A program made the translations under genes and the position numbers. This document shows, piece by piece, positions 50,482-63,055 of a DNA stretch of 64,000 bases; the first letter of the stretch is position 1, and each line of letters starts with the position of its first letter. Source of the stretch: Phaeosaccion multiseriatum (taxonomy: Eukaryota > Protista > Ochrophyta, other classes); assembly GCA_965112735.1 (NCBI GenBank), contig OZ218964.1, forward strand, positions 1,550,001 to 1,614,000. The letters run 5' to 3'. The notes under the pieces were generated by a model. It was given only the letters and a program-made list of their open reading frames with translations. It was not told the DNA's origin and made no database searches.

Positions 50482-51128
50482 ACTACTGGCGAATGGTGGT
50501 ATGGTGGCGGTCACACTTGGCGTACAACAAAACAAACAAAATAACCACAGGTGTCGCGCATCCTCTCCCCCATCATCACCACTCTGACACAGCTGCAGCG
50601 CATCTACGAAGAGGACGAGGGCATCAAGGGCTACATCGACGACGGTTTTGGAGGTATCGAAAAGGTCGTCAAGGACATCCTCTTCGACTTCTTTTGCTCG
50701 GCCTTCAACGGCAGGTAGGGAACAAACCGGTGCTAAATGCAGCAGCGCACACGTCCACCCCCTTCTTCATCTTCTTCTTCTTCTTCATCTTCTTCTTCTT
50801 CTTCTTCTTCTTCTTCTTCTTCTTCCTTGCTAGGGACAGACTGACTCGACTGGCTGGGCTCATGTGTTCATTGCTAACCTGTTCTCTCTCCGTGTGCGTA
50901 CCCCCCCCCCCCGCACGCTCTATCCCATACGCTACGATAACCAAACGAACCAACGAACAAACAACACAACACAGTGGAGCCGACAACTTCTATGATGCCG
51001 GCAGCTGCATCGACGGTCGACTGACAAGTGCATGGAACTGGTGCAGTCAGCTCAGCACCAAGCCTTTCTATCCCGTCTTCAAACTGACGGGGTTCTACGG
51101 ATTCGATGGAGAGTCTTTCCAGGGTTAG
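47370..51128 (+). CDS. UPF0652/DUF2009 family protein with an N-terminal B-box-type zinc finger
   Basis: Exons 47370-47461, 47742-48546, 48747-48960, 49171-49283, 49572-49690, 50001-50087, 50551-50714 and 50975-51128. Zinc finger [18 protein letters not shown]. Family motifs [59 protein letters not shown] and [25 protein letters not shown]. Confidence 0.85.
50422..50436 (-). repeat. Dispersed 15-bp element (1 mismatch)
   Basis: UPF0652 intron; CGGTATCACCAACTG followed by a (CTG)n tract. Confidence 0.8.
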
Positions 51129-52164
51129 AAAGGATGAATCAGCGACCCACCACGACCGCGCTCTCTCTCTCTCTCTCTCTCTTGTTGTCTCTCGCACTGA
51201 CCCCGGCCCTGCTGTCTGCAGTCTATGTGGAGTAGCAAGGGCCCCCACCTGCGAGGGGAAGGGGGCAGCAAAGGGACAGACACAGAGCCGTTTGTTGCCA
51301 TCCCTATGCCTCTTGTGTGCCGCTATCCTTTCAGGGTCGCTCGTTGCTGCACTCGCTCTTCTACGAGAGTGAGGGAGTGAGTGTGAGTGAGTGAGGAGTG
51401 AGTGAGACTGTGGGTGAGGCGGCTCTGCGCATGTTATCGTGCGTCCCTGCGTGAGCGGTTTGAGCGGCTGTTCCTGCCCACAAGATAGACGAGCTGTTGA
51501 TTCTTCATGGGTCTTTTTGGTGGGCGGCACTGGCAGTGGGCGGCGGGCATCATTTGGCGACAGCTCTGTTGAACGACCAACTGCAGCGGCTCCGTTGTTT
51601 TTGTTGTTGCTGTGTGACAGGGCGCTCCACGCCTCCTCACTACAAGAGCTTGGACGGCACGTAGACGCAGTGTGAGAGTGAACGTACAGGCTTTGGGGGC
51701 TTGAGGTGTGTATATACGATACTGCAATGGGAGGGCGGGGGGGAGGGGGATAGCCTATCGCCTGCACTTGGAAGCCTAACTTGTTGTTTAGGCGGCAATA
51801 TGATTGACCATCACACCATCACACCGCCGGGAACCCTGAACAGCATTCGAGGAGAGAGTCGGCAGGACTTGAGCAGCTGGTTATACAGCAGTAGCAGCAG
51901 CTTGCCGCCCTAATCCCGTCTGAGGCGCACCCTGTGCCAACCAATGTACATGACCATGACGAAGGTCGCTGTCGGCCCCTTACACAAGCATTCGAGTCGT
52001 AATGTGTTCTCTTAACGTGGATGCAAGTCCCTTCGGATACAAGAGCATGGTCTCGTCATATGGATCAACTCACTTAATACCTACTGCTTGCATAGCACTG
52101 GTCGCTCGTACTGTGTTCTCTTCACAAGGATCATCAAGGTCCCCTCTTCCGGCTGCTTGAAGCA

Positions 52165-53986
52165 CTAGTCGTACTGGGTTCTCTTCCTCGGCTCTGGGTA
52201 GCACTCTCCCCAGGCGCACACACTCCCGCTGCGTATCACGTCCTTAAACAGCTGCCTGTCGATAAGCTTCTCTGCCGACGGAATGTACTTGGGCGTGAGT
52301 TTGCGCTCGATGAAGCCCTTCTCGCTCTTCTGGCGCTCTTCAAACATACCCAATAGGGCCTATGGAGAGGGGATGTAACAAGCCAGGGGGAGGGCAGTAA
52401 AGAATAGGGTCAGAACCAATGGTATGCGGGAGGTGAGTGGTCTGTTTCAACATTCTCAGTCCCAACGCCCCTCACTCCCTCGCCCCGTTACTGTTATTCG
52501 TCCTTGCGTGAATCTGCCGACCGCGACTGATAACCTGACAGACGACAGACCGACAGACTGACAGACGGACTAAGTGATCCGGCCGATCGACCGACTGGAA
52601 GACAGACTAACTGACAGAGAGATTAACTGACAAGTCATACCAACACACTGACTGGCTGACTGACTGAAATAATGAGTCAAGATACGAGCAGGCTGGGAAG
52701 AAGAGACTGACTAGCCTTGTCGAGGAGGTCCTGCCCCTCCGCAAGTCTCCACTGCTGCGTCGGCCACGCAGAGTCCCCCTTGGTAACGTTCCTCCCGGCG
52801 GGCAGCTGCTGGGATGCCTGCAGCATCTGTATCACCTCGCACACAAGTTCCCGCGGCAAAGCAGGCTCCCCCCCCCCTTCTCCTTCTTCTCCTCCTCCTC
52901 CTCCTCCTCCTCCTCCTCCTCCTCCTCCTCCTCCTCCTCCTCCTCCTTCTCCTCCTCCTTCCTCTTGGTTCCACGCGTCAATCTCGTGCCGAAGGTTACT
53001 GCCGTAGTCTCTTCGAAGCTTGCAGAGCAAAAGGTCGTACAGCTGATTCTCTCGCTCTTCCACTGTTGTGTTGACCGCCATACTAAAGACGAGCAGCAGA
53101 TACACCACGTCAAACTCTGGCTCGCTTTTCGAGCCGTTTCCGCCTCCTTCTTGGGTGCCTTGTCCCTCACCTGGCAGAGAAGGGGGAGGCACCAGCCCGC
53201 CCCCCAACACTACCCGATCCATTAAGTGGCCCAGTTCCAAAGGAGCGGGAAGGACTTCTGCTGCCAAAGCCACGAACTGAGGATAAGTCGCCCTTCCAGA
53301 AGGGAAGCCCTTTAGCACGGCAGCTTTGACCTCGTCTGAAGGGGAGCGAGTGAGAGGGGGGGGCAAGGGAGATTAGGACAAACGATACATTAAACAAGGA
53401 GGAGGTCGTTCTCCCTCTTACCAAAGACTCGAGGTGGCAGATCATTGACACAGCGAAGCTCTTCCACTTCATTGGGCTCCAGAGGACTCGCCTTCTCCAC
53501 CTCTGCCTTGACATCGTCAAAGTTATCGTTCCCACAGCTGTTCCTGTAGAAGGCCAAACCAATGCTTGCTACAAAGCCGAGCACCATCTTGCCCCCGTGC
53601 CGACTAAAGATGCTCTCCTTGGTCTTTTTTGGCTTCCCCTCCCCCGTCGGCTCGACTACTGCTGCTGCTGGTTCTGCTCCTCCTCCTTCTCCCTTGGCCA
53701 GCGTCGCTGCTCCCAACGAGGACGATGAACGAGACGCTGCGGCTGCGGCTGCTGTTACTGATGCTGGTGGCCCACAGATTCGCCTCCCCCTCACCGCTCT
53801 CCTCCTCAGGCACACCCTTTCGCTGCCGCCGCTGCTGCAACTACTACGCCTCACTGCCCCGATGTACTTCGCCAAAGAGGCCAAGTCAGTGGACAGCATA
53901 TCCACACCAGCACCACCGGCAGCACTACCTATGGCCGACAGGGCTCGTCTCCGCCCCCCCCCACACCCCACCATCTTTTGGAGCAT
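52165..53986 (-). CDS. Uncharacterised protein with an Arg/Ser/Ala-rich N-terminus (possible mitochondrial presequence) and one TM helix
   Basis: Exons 53986-53422, 53335-~52716 and 52359-52165 are phase-compatible. Globular-looking segments include SPLEPNEVEELRCVND, LELGHLMDRVV and VIRSGSVCAWGECY. Confidence 0.65.
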
Positions 53987-54652
53987 CGACTCCTGTGTAG
54001 GGGGTGATGTTCTATCAAATGAAGAGGGATCTCGACGAAGTCATGATGAGCACCGCCTCCCGAATTTCAATTTATTAGGTGGAGGTCATCATCAGGCACC
54101 TATTACAAAGCGAAGCAATGAAACCCCATCCATTATCTCCGTCCGATCTATGGCGTGCGGTCTATAAGGGGCTGCTGCAGGCGCAGGGAGAGACCAGAGG
54201 AGCCCCGTCTTCACACAGGGTGAGCAAATGGGAGCTGACCTTTTCCAGTCGTACTCGGCTTTTCCCCTCTCCTTCGCCTTCTCCTGGACCTGCGCAAGGA
54301 CAGGAAGGGCCTGTAGCGACGACCGAAGAGAGAGAGAGAGAGATAAACTATCTCCGTGGCGAGCGTGTGCCCGGTTATGCTCTGGCTTTTCTCTTTCCCA
54401 ACTGCCCGGGACCACCAAACCGCAGCCTCCCAACGCTCACCTTCTCATAGAACACAGCTTTGCCCTCCCCCTCAAGCCTCCTTCCTTTATCAGCTCATCG
54501 TGTTACGCCCCCCTCGCTGCCCATTTTATCATTGTCAGAGACGGAGGAGACGAGAAGGGGGCGGCCCAGCTCCCGAGCAATCTCGCTTCGAAGCGTCGTC
54601 GAGGAGAGGAGAAGGGGAAGAAGAGACCAGCAGGGGCGATGACAGCAGTATT

Positions 54653-55538
54653 ATGGAGCACGTACCACAGCACCAGCGTCAGCCCCAGCTAACACTCTCT
54701 AGCTTAGTTCCTGATGGCGGCACACTCCTCCGCTTGGGCCTGATGACCACGGCCGGCGGGACGGTGTGCCTGGTACTCGTGGTGCTGTCGGGCCCTGCGA
54801 GGATGTTTCTGCTCGTGGTGGCGTTGGGACTTTGTGTGGTGGCCGCGGGCGTGCAACAGGCAGGCATCATCTCCTTCTTACCACAGGTACAGTCATTGGA
54901 TATGTCACAATGGGGCGCTGATCAACATTTCCATCACCGGGAGAGTGAGTGCTGCAGCAGCTGACTCCCCATTCCGCCACTCTGATCACTGCAGCTTCCT
55001 TTGTTTCTCTCTTCTTCCTGCAGTCTACGCAGGAGCTGCTGACTCGAACCACGTTGCTCGAGTGGCTGACGGACACGGCCTTCTTCGACTCGCTGAAACC
55101 GTACCTCATGTTCTGTGTGGGCCTGGACGAGGAGGAGGTGAGTGCGTGCGTGCGTGGGTGGGTGGGTGGGTGAGGCTTGGAAATGGGTGTGTAAGCGAGT
55201 GAGAGCAAGCACCCTACGGCGAAGGGATTTGAGGAGGGCATGAGCAGGCAGGCGAAGGCTCTACTTGCTGCATTAGAAAGCAAAGGGAAGAAGGCAACCG
55301 CACACAGTTCCAAGTCCTCTACACTCTCCCCCCCCCCACTGACATTCAAGGCCAACTCTTTGCTTACTTGCCTCCATGCTCCCCCCCCCCCCGCCCCTCT
55401 GCACACGCAACAGATGGATCACGCTCTGAGCGCACTGCCAAGCGGCACGAGGGCATTTCTCACCCGCCGTGGCCTTGTGCACTCCCTCCCGAGCGGCGTG
55501 CAGTCGCTGATCCTGCCTGCGGGAGAGAGGAGTAGGAC

Positions 55539-55574
<36 letters not shown>

Positions 55575-56877
55575 CAGCACCAACAGCAGAAGCAACAATC
55601 TCATAACCTCCCAGGCGCATCGTCACGAAGAGCCCGGAAGGAGGTGTGAGGGTAACAGTGATGACGAGCAAGAGGTTGAACGCGTTGGGACTGACGTCAG
55701 TGAGGAAGAGGGGGAGGAGGAGGATGCGCCCATGACACCAACGATGGTGTGGGAACCCCTGCCCACCCCGCTGGAGCTCTTCCCTGGAGGAGGGGCAGAG
55801 ACGAGTGGAGACTCGCCGGCAGTGGCGAGGGAGGTGTCTAGGAGTACACCACAGGACGGTGGTTCTTCACCTACCGCCGTCGCCAGGGGGGCTGCGGTAT
55901 CGGCCGTGATACGCATAGTGAGGGAAGAAGGGCCTCGACTGGAGCACCAGAGTGACTTGCTCTCTCCTTCTTCGGCAGTAGCGGCAGGTACGAGGGGGGG
56001 CGCAGCGCACTCAGCTTCCGTCAGAGACGAAGGAGTAGCAGCAGAAGGAGCAGCAGACCCCGCCTTGGGTCGGAGGCGACGTACGGAAGCAGGCACGAGG
56101 CCCAGCTCTTCCACTCCCATGCCTTGGCCGTCCGCTCGGGCCGGGGAGGGTCGCGGGGGTGGGGGGTCGAGAAGCGGCAGTGCAAGCACCACCACCAGTA
56201 GCAGCAGTGACGGCGGGGAAGGCGGCGGGGGCCACAGGAGGAGATCTTTCGATCCTCAGCAGATCCTGACGGACATTCTGCGGGCCCGAGCCAAGCGTAC
56301 CTTAGGGGATGTCCTCGCCCGCTTCGATGGCGCCAAGGCTCCCTTGCGCACCGTTTCAGCCGTCTGCGGAGCGGCGTTGGTGGTGCAGCTAGCGGTGTCC
56401 CGTCCTGCGCGAGCCCAGTTTAGGGCGCTGCTGGGCGGGGTGGTGCTGGCGGGACTGACCGGCACTGCTGTGGTGGCTGCGGGGGCGTCAACTCTGCCGG
56501 ACTTTGGGCGAAGGGTCTTGCTGGAAGGATTGGCTGGTGAGGAAGGAGGAATAGATGAAGGAGCCGTGGTGGCAGAGGAGGAGGAGGAGGAGGAGGCAGC
56601 GGCGGCGGCGGCGACGGGAAGAAGAGCGCGTGGCATGAGTGTGCCGGCAGCGGTAGGAGCAGGAGCAGGACGTCGAGGAGGCAGGCACAGGCTGCTCCAT
56701 GTGTGGATGTCGATCCTGCGGTACATGAGACAAGTGCCCAAGCTGAGGGCGTTGTCCGGCGTCCTGGCGCTGGTGGTCGTGCTCTCTCTCATGAGAAGAA
56801 GGGCGCTGACACTGAGACAGCTCCGCTTCGTTCCTCGCATTTACGGGGGAGGCGTGGCAGCATATGTCCCAGGCTAG
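54653..56877 (+). CDS. Uncharacterised membrane protein (N-terminal hydrophobic hairpin, disordered middle, C-terminal hydrophobic segments)
   Basis: Exons 54653-54886, 55024-55137 and 55414-56877, joined by phase-0 GT-AG introns (FLPQ|STQELLTRTTLLEWLTD...DEEE|MDHALSALP). Confidence 0.7.
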
Positions 56878-57183
56878 GGTAGAGTGGGGCGGGACTTTAG
56901 TTTGGTCACGTTTGGTGCCGTCGGAGCAGAGAGGCCCCTCAGGCACGGACTCGTACTCGTACTTGCTCATCGTGCCCTCCTCAAGGCCTGGTGCTGGAGA
57001 CTGCACTCCGCCGTACCATGCGAGGGGGCCGCTCAAACGTGATGGGCTATTCGTCAGTCTGCTCGGGCTCCGATTCCACATGTAACAAATGTAAATAAAT
57101 TGGTGCACCTCTTCCGTTTACACCCGCTCTTGTGTATAGTATATACAGGCCTGCTGCATACCGCAGCATACGACACGAGGGGT

Positions 57184-60100
57184 TCAGCTGCTGATCCCTT
57201 CGCCCACCTCCACCTCAGGCGTGAGGAGGACGTCCCTCAATCCAGGATGCAACTGCATGACCCACGATACTTCCCCCAGCACTGCTCGAGCCCCAGCCCC
57301 GGCTCCAGCTTGCTCGGCACCACCACCGTCGTCATCGTCATCATCATCATCATCATGAGAAGCGCGCTTCTGCCCCTCCTTCGCCTGTCGATCCACGCGT
57401 GCGAGCAGCAGGTCCAGTCGCAAGGCCCACTGGAGGAGCAGAGACACCCAGATTAGCAGCGCAGAGCCGGCCACCACAAGCAGCAACACAAAGACTTGCG
57501 CTGTGAAGATGGAGAGCCCGGTGAGCCAAGAGTCCACGGTGTAGTATAGAGGGTAGTACCAGGCAAACCTGCGGGGCGGGGCGGCACATTTTCATATGTC
57601 AACACTTGTTAGAAAGCGGCAGTCCAATCGAACAAGCAAGGTGCGGCATTCCCACAACCGGCCCTTGCTTTGCTTTCTGTCACCCAGCCACCCACCCGTC
57701 CACCCATCCATTCATCCATGCATCCATGCATCCATGGACTCATTCTGCACATGAGTCACGCAGCAGTGCCAGCCACTCAGCTCTCACCACACTGTGTACC
57801 CGAAGACTTGTGTGAGATAGAAGGGCACGCGCTTCTCCTCCCAGCGGTTGCTCACCACCCCGCCCAAGGAGAAGACGAGCAGGAGAAAGAAGGTCATACC
57901 CAGCGCAATGAAATACGCTACTTGGTTGAAGTTGGTGCCGCCGTATTGGTACTCTGTGGGTCACAAGGTAGGTAGGTCCAATAAAAGGGTAGGGCGGCGT
58001 TCTCCGCGTGTTAGTTTCGTGTTGACACAGCCCTCGCTACTTCTTCCAGCCACGGAAGAAGGTCTCATTCGGTTCCCTGCCTGCTGAGAGCAAGGTATTT
58101 GCCCCGCGTGCAGCTAGTCCAAAAGAAGATGGCGGAAGGGATGAATCGCAAGGCGTGCATCGGCATGAGAAAGTGCAGTCACTCCATCCCAACAACTACT
58201 AGAGTAAGAGGAATGAGCGCTCCACTCCTCCTTCTCCGCCCGTGCCTTACCCAAAAGCGAGTAGTAGCATCCGACGACTCCCAATGAAGCCAAGACGAAG
58301 CTCGACCCCTCCAGCAGCTGTCGAGGAGGAGGAGGAAATTCAGTGCTGCAATACATTTGTAGTAGTCAGCATCTCCATCACCATCATCAGCCAGGCGCCA
58401 TATGTCAGAGTGTCAGGCCATCAGGGGCGCTCTCTCTCCCCTCCGTCTCATTCACTTTGTTGTGACCTACTCCGGCCGTTACAAGTCGTACCGAAAGGCC
58501 TCTCAGCCCTCCGTCCATCCCCTCTTGCTTGTCCTCTTGTCTCGTGGTCTTAACTTACCGTGCGAGATGCCTTTTGGAACTTGGGGTATTGCGCTATCGC
58601 CTGCCTGGTCCTCCGGCATGAAGCAGCATACTGTACCGACGCAGACACCACAGCGCCCCTGCTGCCGCCGCCGCCCGGAAGACGCCATCATGGCAGCAGC
58701 AGCATCGCCTTCCTGGTCACTCTGAGGACAATTTCCTTCGAGCAAAGGGGGATCTAGCCTGTTGTCACCGCTGCTCGCTCGGGCTCGAGCAACCATAGCT
58801 TGAGCTCCGCCTTTGTTGGCGCGGCTTCTTCTTCGGACCATCGACGAGCCGGTGGTGGTGGTGCCCACCTCATTCTCCGCGGGAGAGAGAGGGTAGAGAT
58901 AGGGTGCCAGGAAGAAGGAGGTGAGGACGCTCGCTCCCACACAGACTGCCATACGCAGGATCTGTGTGACGAATGACTCGAGTAGCCTAGGAGCTAGGCA
59001 GTTCAGCTCGGACGAGAGAATGTTGTAGAGGGACCACGCGGCGGAATATTTTATAGAGCAGTCCAGGACGCGGTAGGGTACCTGCGCCTCGACCTCCTTG
59101 GTCTATAATCGAAAATTTCGAACACAGGTCAGAAAGAGCCGGGCAACAAGAGGCGCGGCGAAAGAAGTGGAGAAGGGCGTGGGCGAGACAGCAGGCGATA
59201 TTGTTGTTGTGTGTCAGCAGTAGGGCGAGCGAAACGATTCCACGGCTGTAGAGTACACGTCATGGTCCAGAATGGGCATGAGAGGCGACAATATTTTTCA
59301 GTCCACCCCCAAAGACCCTTTCTGTGCCAAAAAGGTGGCCCTGTTGTCCCATACAATGAGAGTGACGCATCCGTAGGAGGCGAATACCGACTATGCAGGA
59401 GATGGACAATCAAATCAAACTAGTTCCTTCCCTTCCTCCTGGCTGCGCGTACCTCAATCCACACGGAGAGCCTGACCGACAGCAGCGCCACAAGAGTGGT
59501 CGTTACCACAGCGTACACAGCAGAACAGATCATCAGCAGCCACACGTATCCAGTGGTGCAGTGCAGGTTCCCGTTGAGGTCCTCGCTTGAGATGATGTAC
59601 ACCATCGCGTACCAGAGCTCCGCGACCACATCCGTGTGCACCGTAGACAGACCTCCACCCATACCTGCGAGGAGGAGGACACCTGCAGTGGCACTGGAGC
59701 GTGCGCCTTGCATGTGTTGGTGCTCTCGGTGGAGGCCTGCCTCTTTCATCAAACGCGACTACGGAGAGAGGCCAAATGTGAGAAAGAAAGGTGGAGGACA
59801 AAGAAGAATGGGAAAAGTTTTAGGAGAAAAGAGGGAAGGGGGAAGCTCACTACTCAGCGGAGAAGTAAGGGCCGAGGGCAAGGGGACAAGACCACTTCTC
59901 TCCAGTCGAAAACTGATGGCACACGCACCTGTCTTCTGGCCAACCATAAGGATAGGTACAGGACGATCAACGTGGCGATGATGTCACTGGCGACAGCAGA
60001 TAGGAGCGCTCCCCAGCCTTTTCCCGTGTAACCGGGCACAAGGAACTTCCACTGGCGGCAAGCAAGGAACAGGTTGTAAGGAGGAGAGAGGGAAGGGGGA

Positions 60101-60229
60101 GGGGGAAGCGGCCCTCCAAGAGAAGCAGAGCCTACTTACCAAGGTTGCGGTCGATCCGGCGATTGCCCAATCATTCAGGAACATGAGGCTCCATACCACG
60201 TCGACAGAGCGACACCCACCCGCCCACAT
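57184..60229 (-). CDS. Uncharacterised multi-pass membrane protein
   Basis: Approximate exons 60229-60140, 60051-59929, 59757-59453, 59103-~58559, ~58317-58251, ~57954-57801 and ~57568-57184. Many hydrophobic helices, e.g. IIATLIVLYLSLWL, VWLLMICSAVYAVVTTTLVALL, VAYFIALGMTFFLLLVFSL, AQVFVLLLVVAGSALLIWVSLLL. The start codon and the junction near 58320-58600 are unresolved. Confidence 0.6.
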
Positions 60230-60409
60230 CTTCGAGATTATCGATCTATCGGCAGTTGAGACGTTCGCGATTCGCCGTCGGAGATTCACTGACATCAAAA
60301 ATCGGATTCGCCACCCTTGCAACAATCCGCGCAACCCTCCGTTTGTCCCGTCGTTATGCGCATTCCTCTCGTGCTTTGTCTCATTTATTTGATTCCCTCG
60401 TCCGCCTTC

Positions 60410-61701
60410 ATGGTGTCTGTGGTTACGGGCGCGAATCGGGGCATCGGACTCGCGCTGGTAAGAGTTCTCATGTGTGTATATACCCCATTCCTCCCTCATC
60501 CTCCCTCATCCGTCAACGCATCATGACTTAAAGGTGAAGAAGCTGCAGGACAATGGGGAGAAGGTGGTTGCCGTGTGCCGCAGCTCGTCTGACGCGTTGA
60601 GGGCACTCCAGCCGGAGAAGATTGTGGAGGGTGTGGATGTGTCGAAAGCGGAGGGAGTCCAGGTGCTCGAGGAGGCCCTCAAGAGCACTGGGGCAGAGGT
60701 TTCGCTGTGCATCAACAACGCCGGTATTCTGAGGTGCGTACACGTGCATGCCCACCTAACCTACGTAACCTACTCCATCGTGGCCTAATGCACTCCTCCT
60801 CCTCCTCCTCCTCCCCCTCCTCCTCCCTCCTCCTCCTCCTCCTCCTCCTCCTCCTCCTCCTCCTCCTCCTCCCTCCTCCCAAACCTCCTCAATCAGAATG
60901 GAGGGCCTGGACAATATGAATTATGGAAGTATGGAAGAGCAATTCAGAGTTAACTCCCTTGGTCCCCTCCGCGTTACGGAGGCCGTTCTACCGTTTATGA
61001 AGAATGGTGGTAAGGTCGTGTTCATCACCAGCCGAATGGGGAGCATCGGGGATGCGAGCGGTGGGATGTTCGGGTATCGCATGTCGAAAGCAGCTCTGAA
61101 CATCGGCGCGGTTGCCTTGGCAAACGTGAGTGGCCTCTTCCTTCGTCCCGTCCCATTTATCTTGGCTCTTTTCGTCTCTCTGTCTCTCTCACTCTCACAC
61201 ACACACACACTCTCTCTCTATCTGGATCCTTCCTCAAGAGCATGGGAACTGTATACGTGCGGACCAAAAACGTCGCTGGCAATAGCCCCCCTCCCTTACA
61301 TGCGTGTCTCACGACTCTACCGACCGCCTCGCCTCCCCCCCCCCCCCCCTCAGACGCTCAAGTCGCAAAATAGGAAGATTGCTGTGGGTATCGTCCATCC
61401 TGGGATGGTGAGAATGACTGCTTTCGCCCATATGACTGCTTGCCCTGATGTTCCGTGAAGTCGTGCGGATGAGTGACTGCCATGTCTTACCTTCCCCTTT
61501 TGACTGACAGCTTGCATTGCCTATGAATGCTTGACCCCAAAACTACAGGTGGCCACCGACATGACGAGTCAATTCGGTACGTCCGGCTCAATCTCACCAA
61601 CCACGTCGGCAGATGGGATCGTGTCAAGGACAGAGGAGCTGAACATGGACAACTCCGGGGGCTTTTGGCACGCTGTTACGGGGGAAGTCTTGCCCTGGTA
61701 A
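60410..61701 (+). CDS. Short-chain dehydrogenase/reductase (C-factor/CsgA-like classical SDR)
   Basis: Exons 60410-60457, 60534-60733, 60897-61125, 61354-61407 and 61549-61701. Motifs VVTGANRGIG, INNAG, ITSRMGS, YRMSK (YxxxK), HPGMVATDM, and C-terminal GEVLPW*. Confidence 0.93.
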
Positions 61702-62357
61702 AAGGGTCAGGGGATTGGACTATGAAACGACTGAGGTGATTGTACCAAGCTTTTCTAATTTACTTGTACTACTTCCTTCAAAGGCGTGAACTTGTTGCGT
61801 GACCAAAGGCTTTCGCGCTCTCATCGGTTGTTATCGCTGAGATCAAAACGGTCCAGCCCGCCGCTTCCGTCTGAATGCTCAAACGAACGTGTTCAACCAA
61901 GTACATTGGTTGCTACATGAAACACAGATCGTCATCATTATCAGAAAATGGAAACGTCGCAGTCCTCGCAGTCTTTCTCCACCTCGTACTCAAAGCTTCC
62001 ATCAACTCTCCAGTCTCTTAAGCTGTCTCTGGAGCAAGAGCAGGCCGGTAGGGAGAAGGCTAGGGGGGACCGATTCTTCTTCGTCACTCCCTCTGTTCTC
62101 TTCGCCAAATCGAAGCTCACCCTATCTCGTCCCGTCCCTCCCGCCTGTCGATCCACTGTCAAGGGCCCTCATGCGGCTCTCTTCGGGTCACTATTCCTTC
62201 TTGCCGGACTGGCTTGCCTGCTTACCACGTGGAGAGGGAAAGCACGTAAAGCAGGGAGGATGCATGTAAGGTGGTAGATAGGAGTCAGGGAAGGAGGTAG
62301 AGATACGTACGCCTTAGAGTCAAACGTATCGCAGTTCGCACAGCCTGGGAAGACACA

Positions 62358-62903
62358 TTAGTTTCTGCTCCTCCCCCCGAGCCTTCTCACCTTCTTTCCG
62401 TCGTCGGGGCCATCCTCATCCTTCTTCTCCCTCTTGAGTTCGACGCCGCTCCAGACTCCAGTTCCTGTACCAGGCACGGACAAAGATTGCATGGAGAGGG
62501 ACATTAGTGGAGACAGCACCACGAGCTTGGAGGAGGGACGACGAGTGGGACGGTGCAGGAAAGGTTGCGCGGATGGAAGAAGGGGAGCAACCAAGAGGAA
62601 AGCACCCAAGAGGGAAGCACCAGAGGGAAGCACCCAGAGGGAAGCACCCACAAACCCACCTTTGAACTGGTCGGTGGCTCCGATCTGATAGGCTATCAAG
62701 TCCGCCGTAGACTTTATGGTTCAGTAGATCACCATTGTGGGTGCCACAACCGCAACTTTGGTCCTTTGTTGCCTGCTAGAGTCCGCAGGAGACCGCTTGG
62801 CCGTGAAGGACGAGACCGACGAGGGCCCGGGCGCAATGAAAGCGTTGCTGCCAGCAACGAGTGCGAGACACAGAACGGCGGCTCTAAAGATTGAAGAAAG
62901 CAT
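62358..62903 (-). CDS. Small plastid-targeted protein with a bipartite presequence; reading frame contains an in-frame TGA at 62723-62721
   Basis: MLSSIFRAAVLCLALVAGSNA-FIAP is a signal peptide plus an ASAFAP-type motif and a Ser/Arg-rich transit peptide. It continues MVIY*TIKSTADLIAYQIGATDQFK in the same frame, then a phase-compatible intron (~62659-62466) and GTGVWSGVELKREKKDED. The 3' end is uncertain: a stop at 62358 or a further exon near 62030. Confidence 0.6.
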
Positions 62904-63055
62904 CCTCGCACTCACGATGATCTCACGATCTGTCTTGACGTTTTGGGGGGGCATGTATGCACAAAGTGTGCGTGTTGGTGCTCCGATTCTCACTTCGCAT
63001 TTGCAGCCAACTCGGCAACATGGATTGATGCTCGCGCCTCGGGCCCAGCCCCGGC

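Noticed and set aside
61880-61945. Possible SECIS downstream of the TGA-containing gene
   Set aside because: There is an ATGA with some pairing potential, but no apical AA at the canonical distance and no clear GA quartet. Not supportable by eye.
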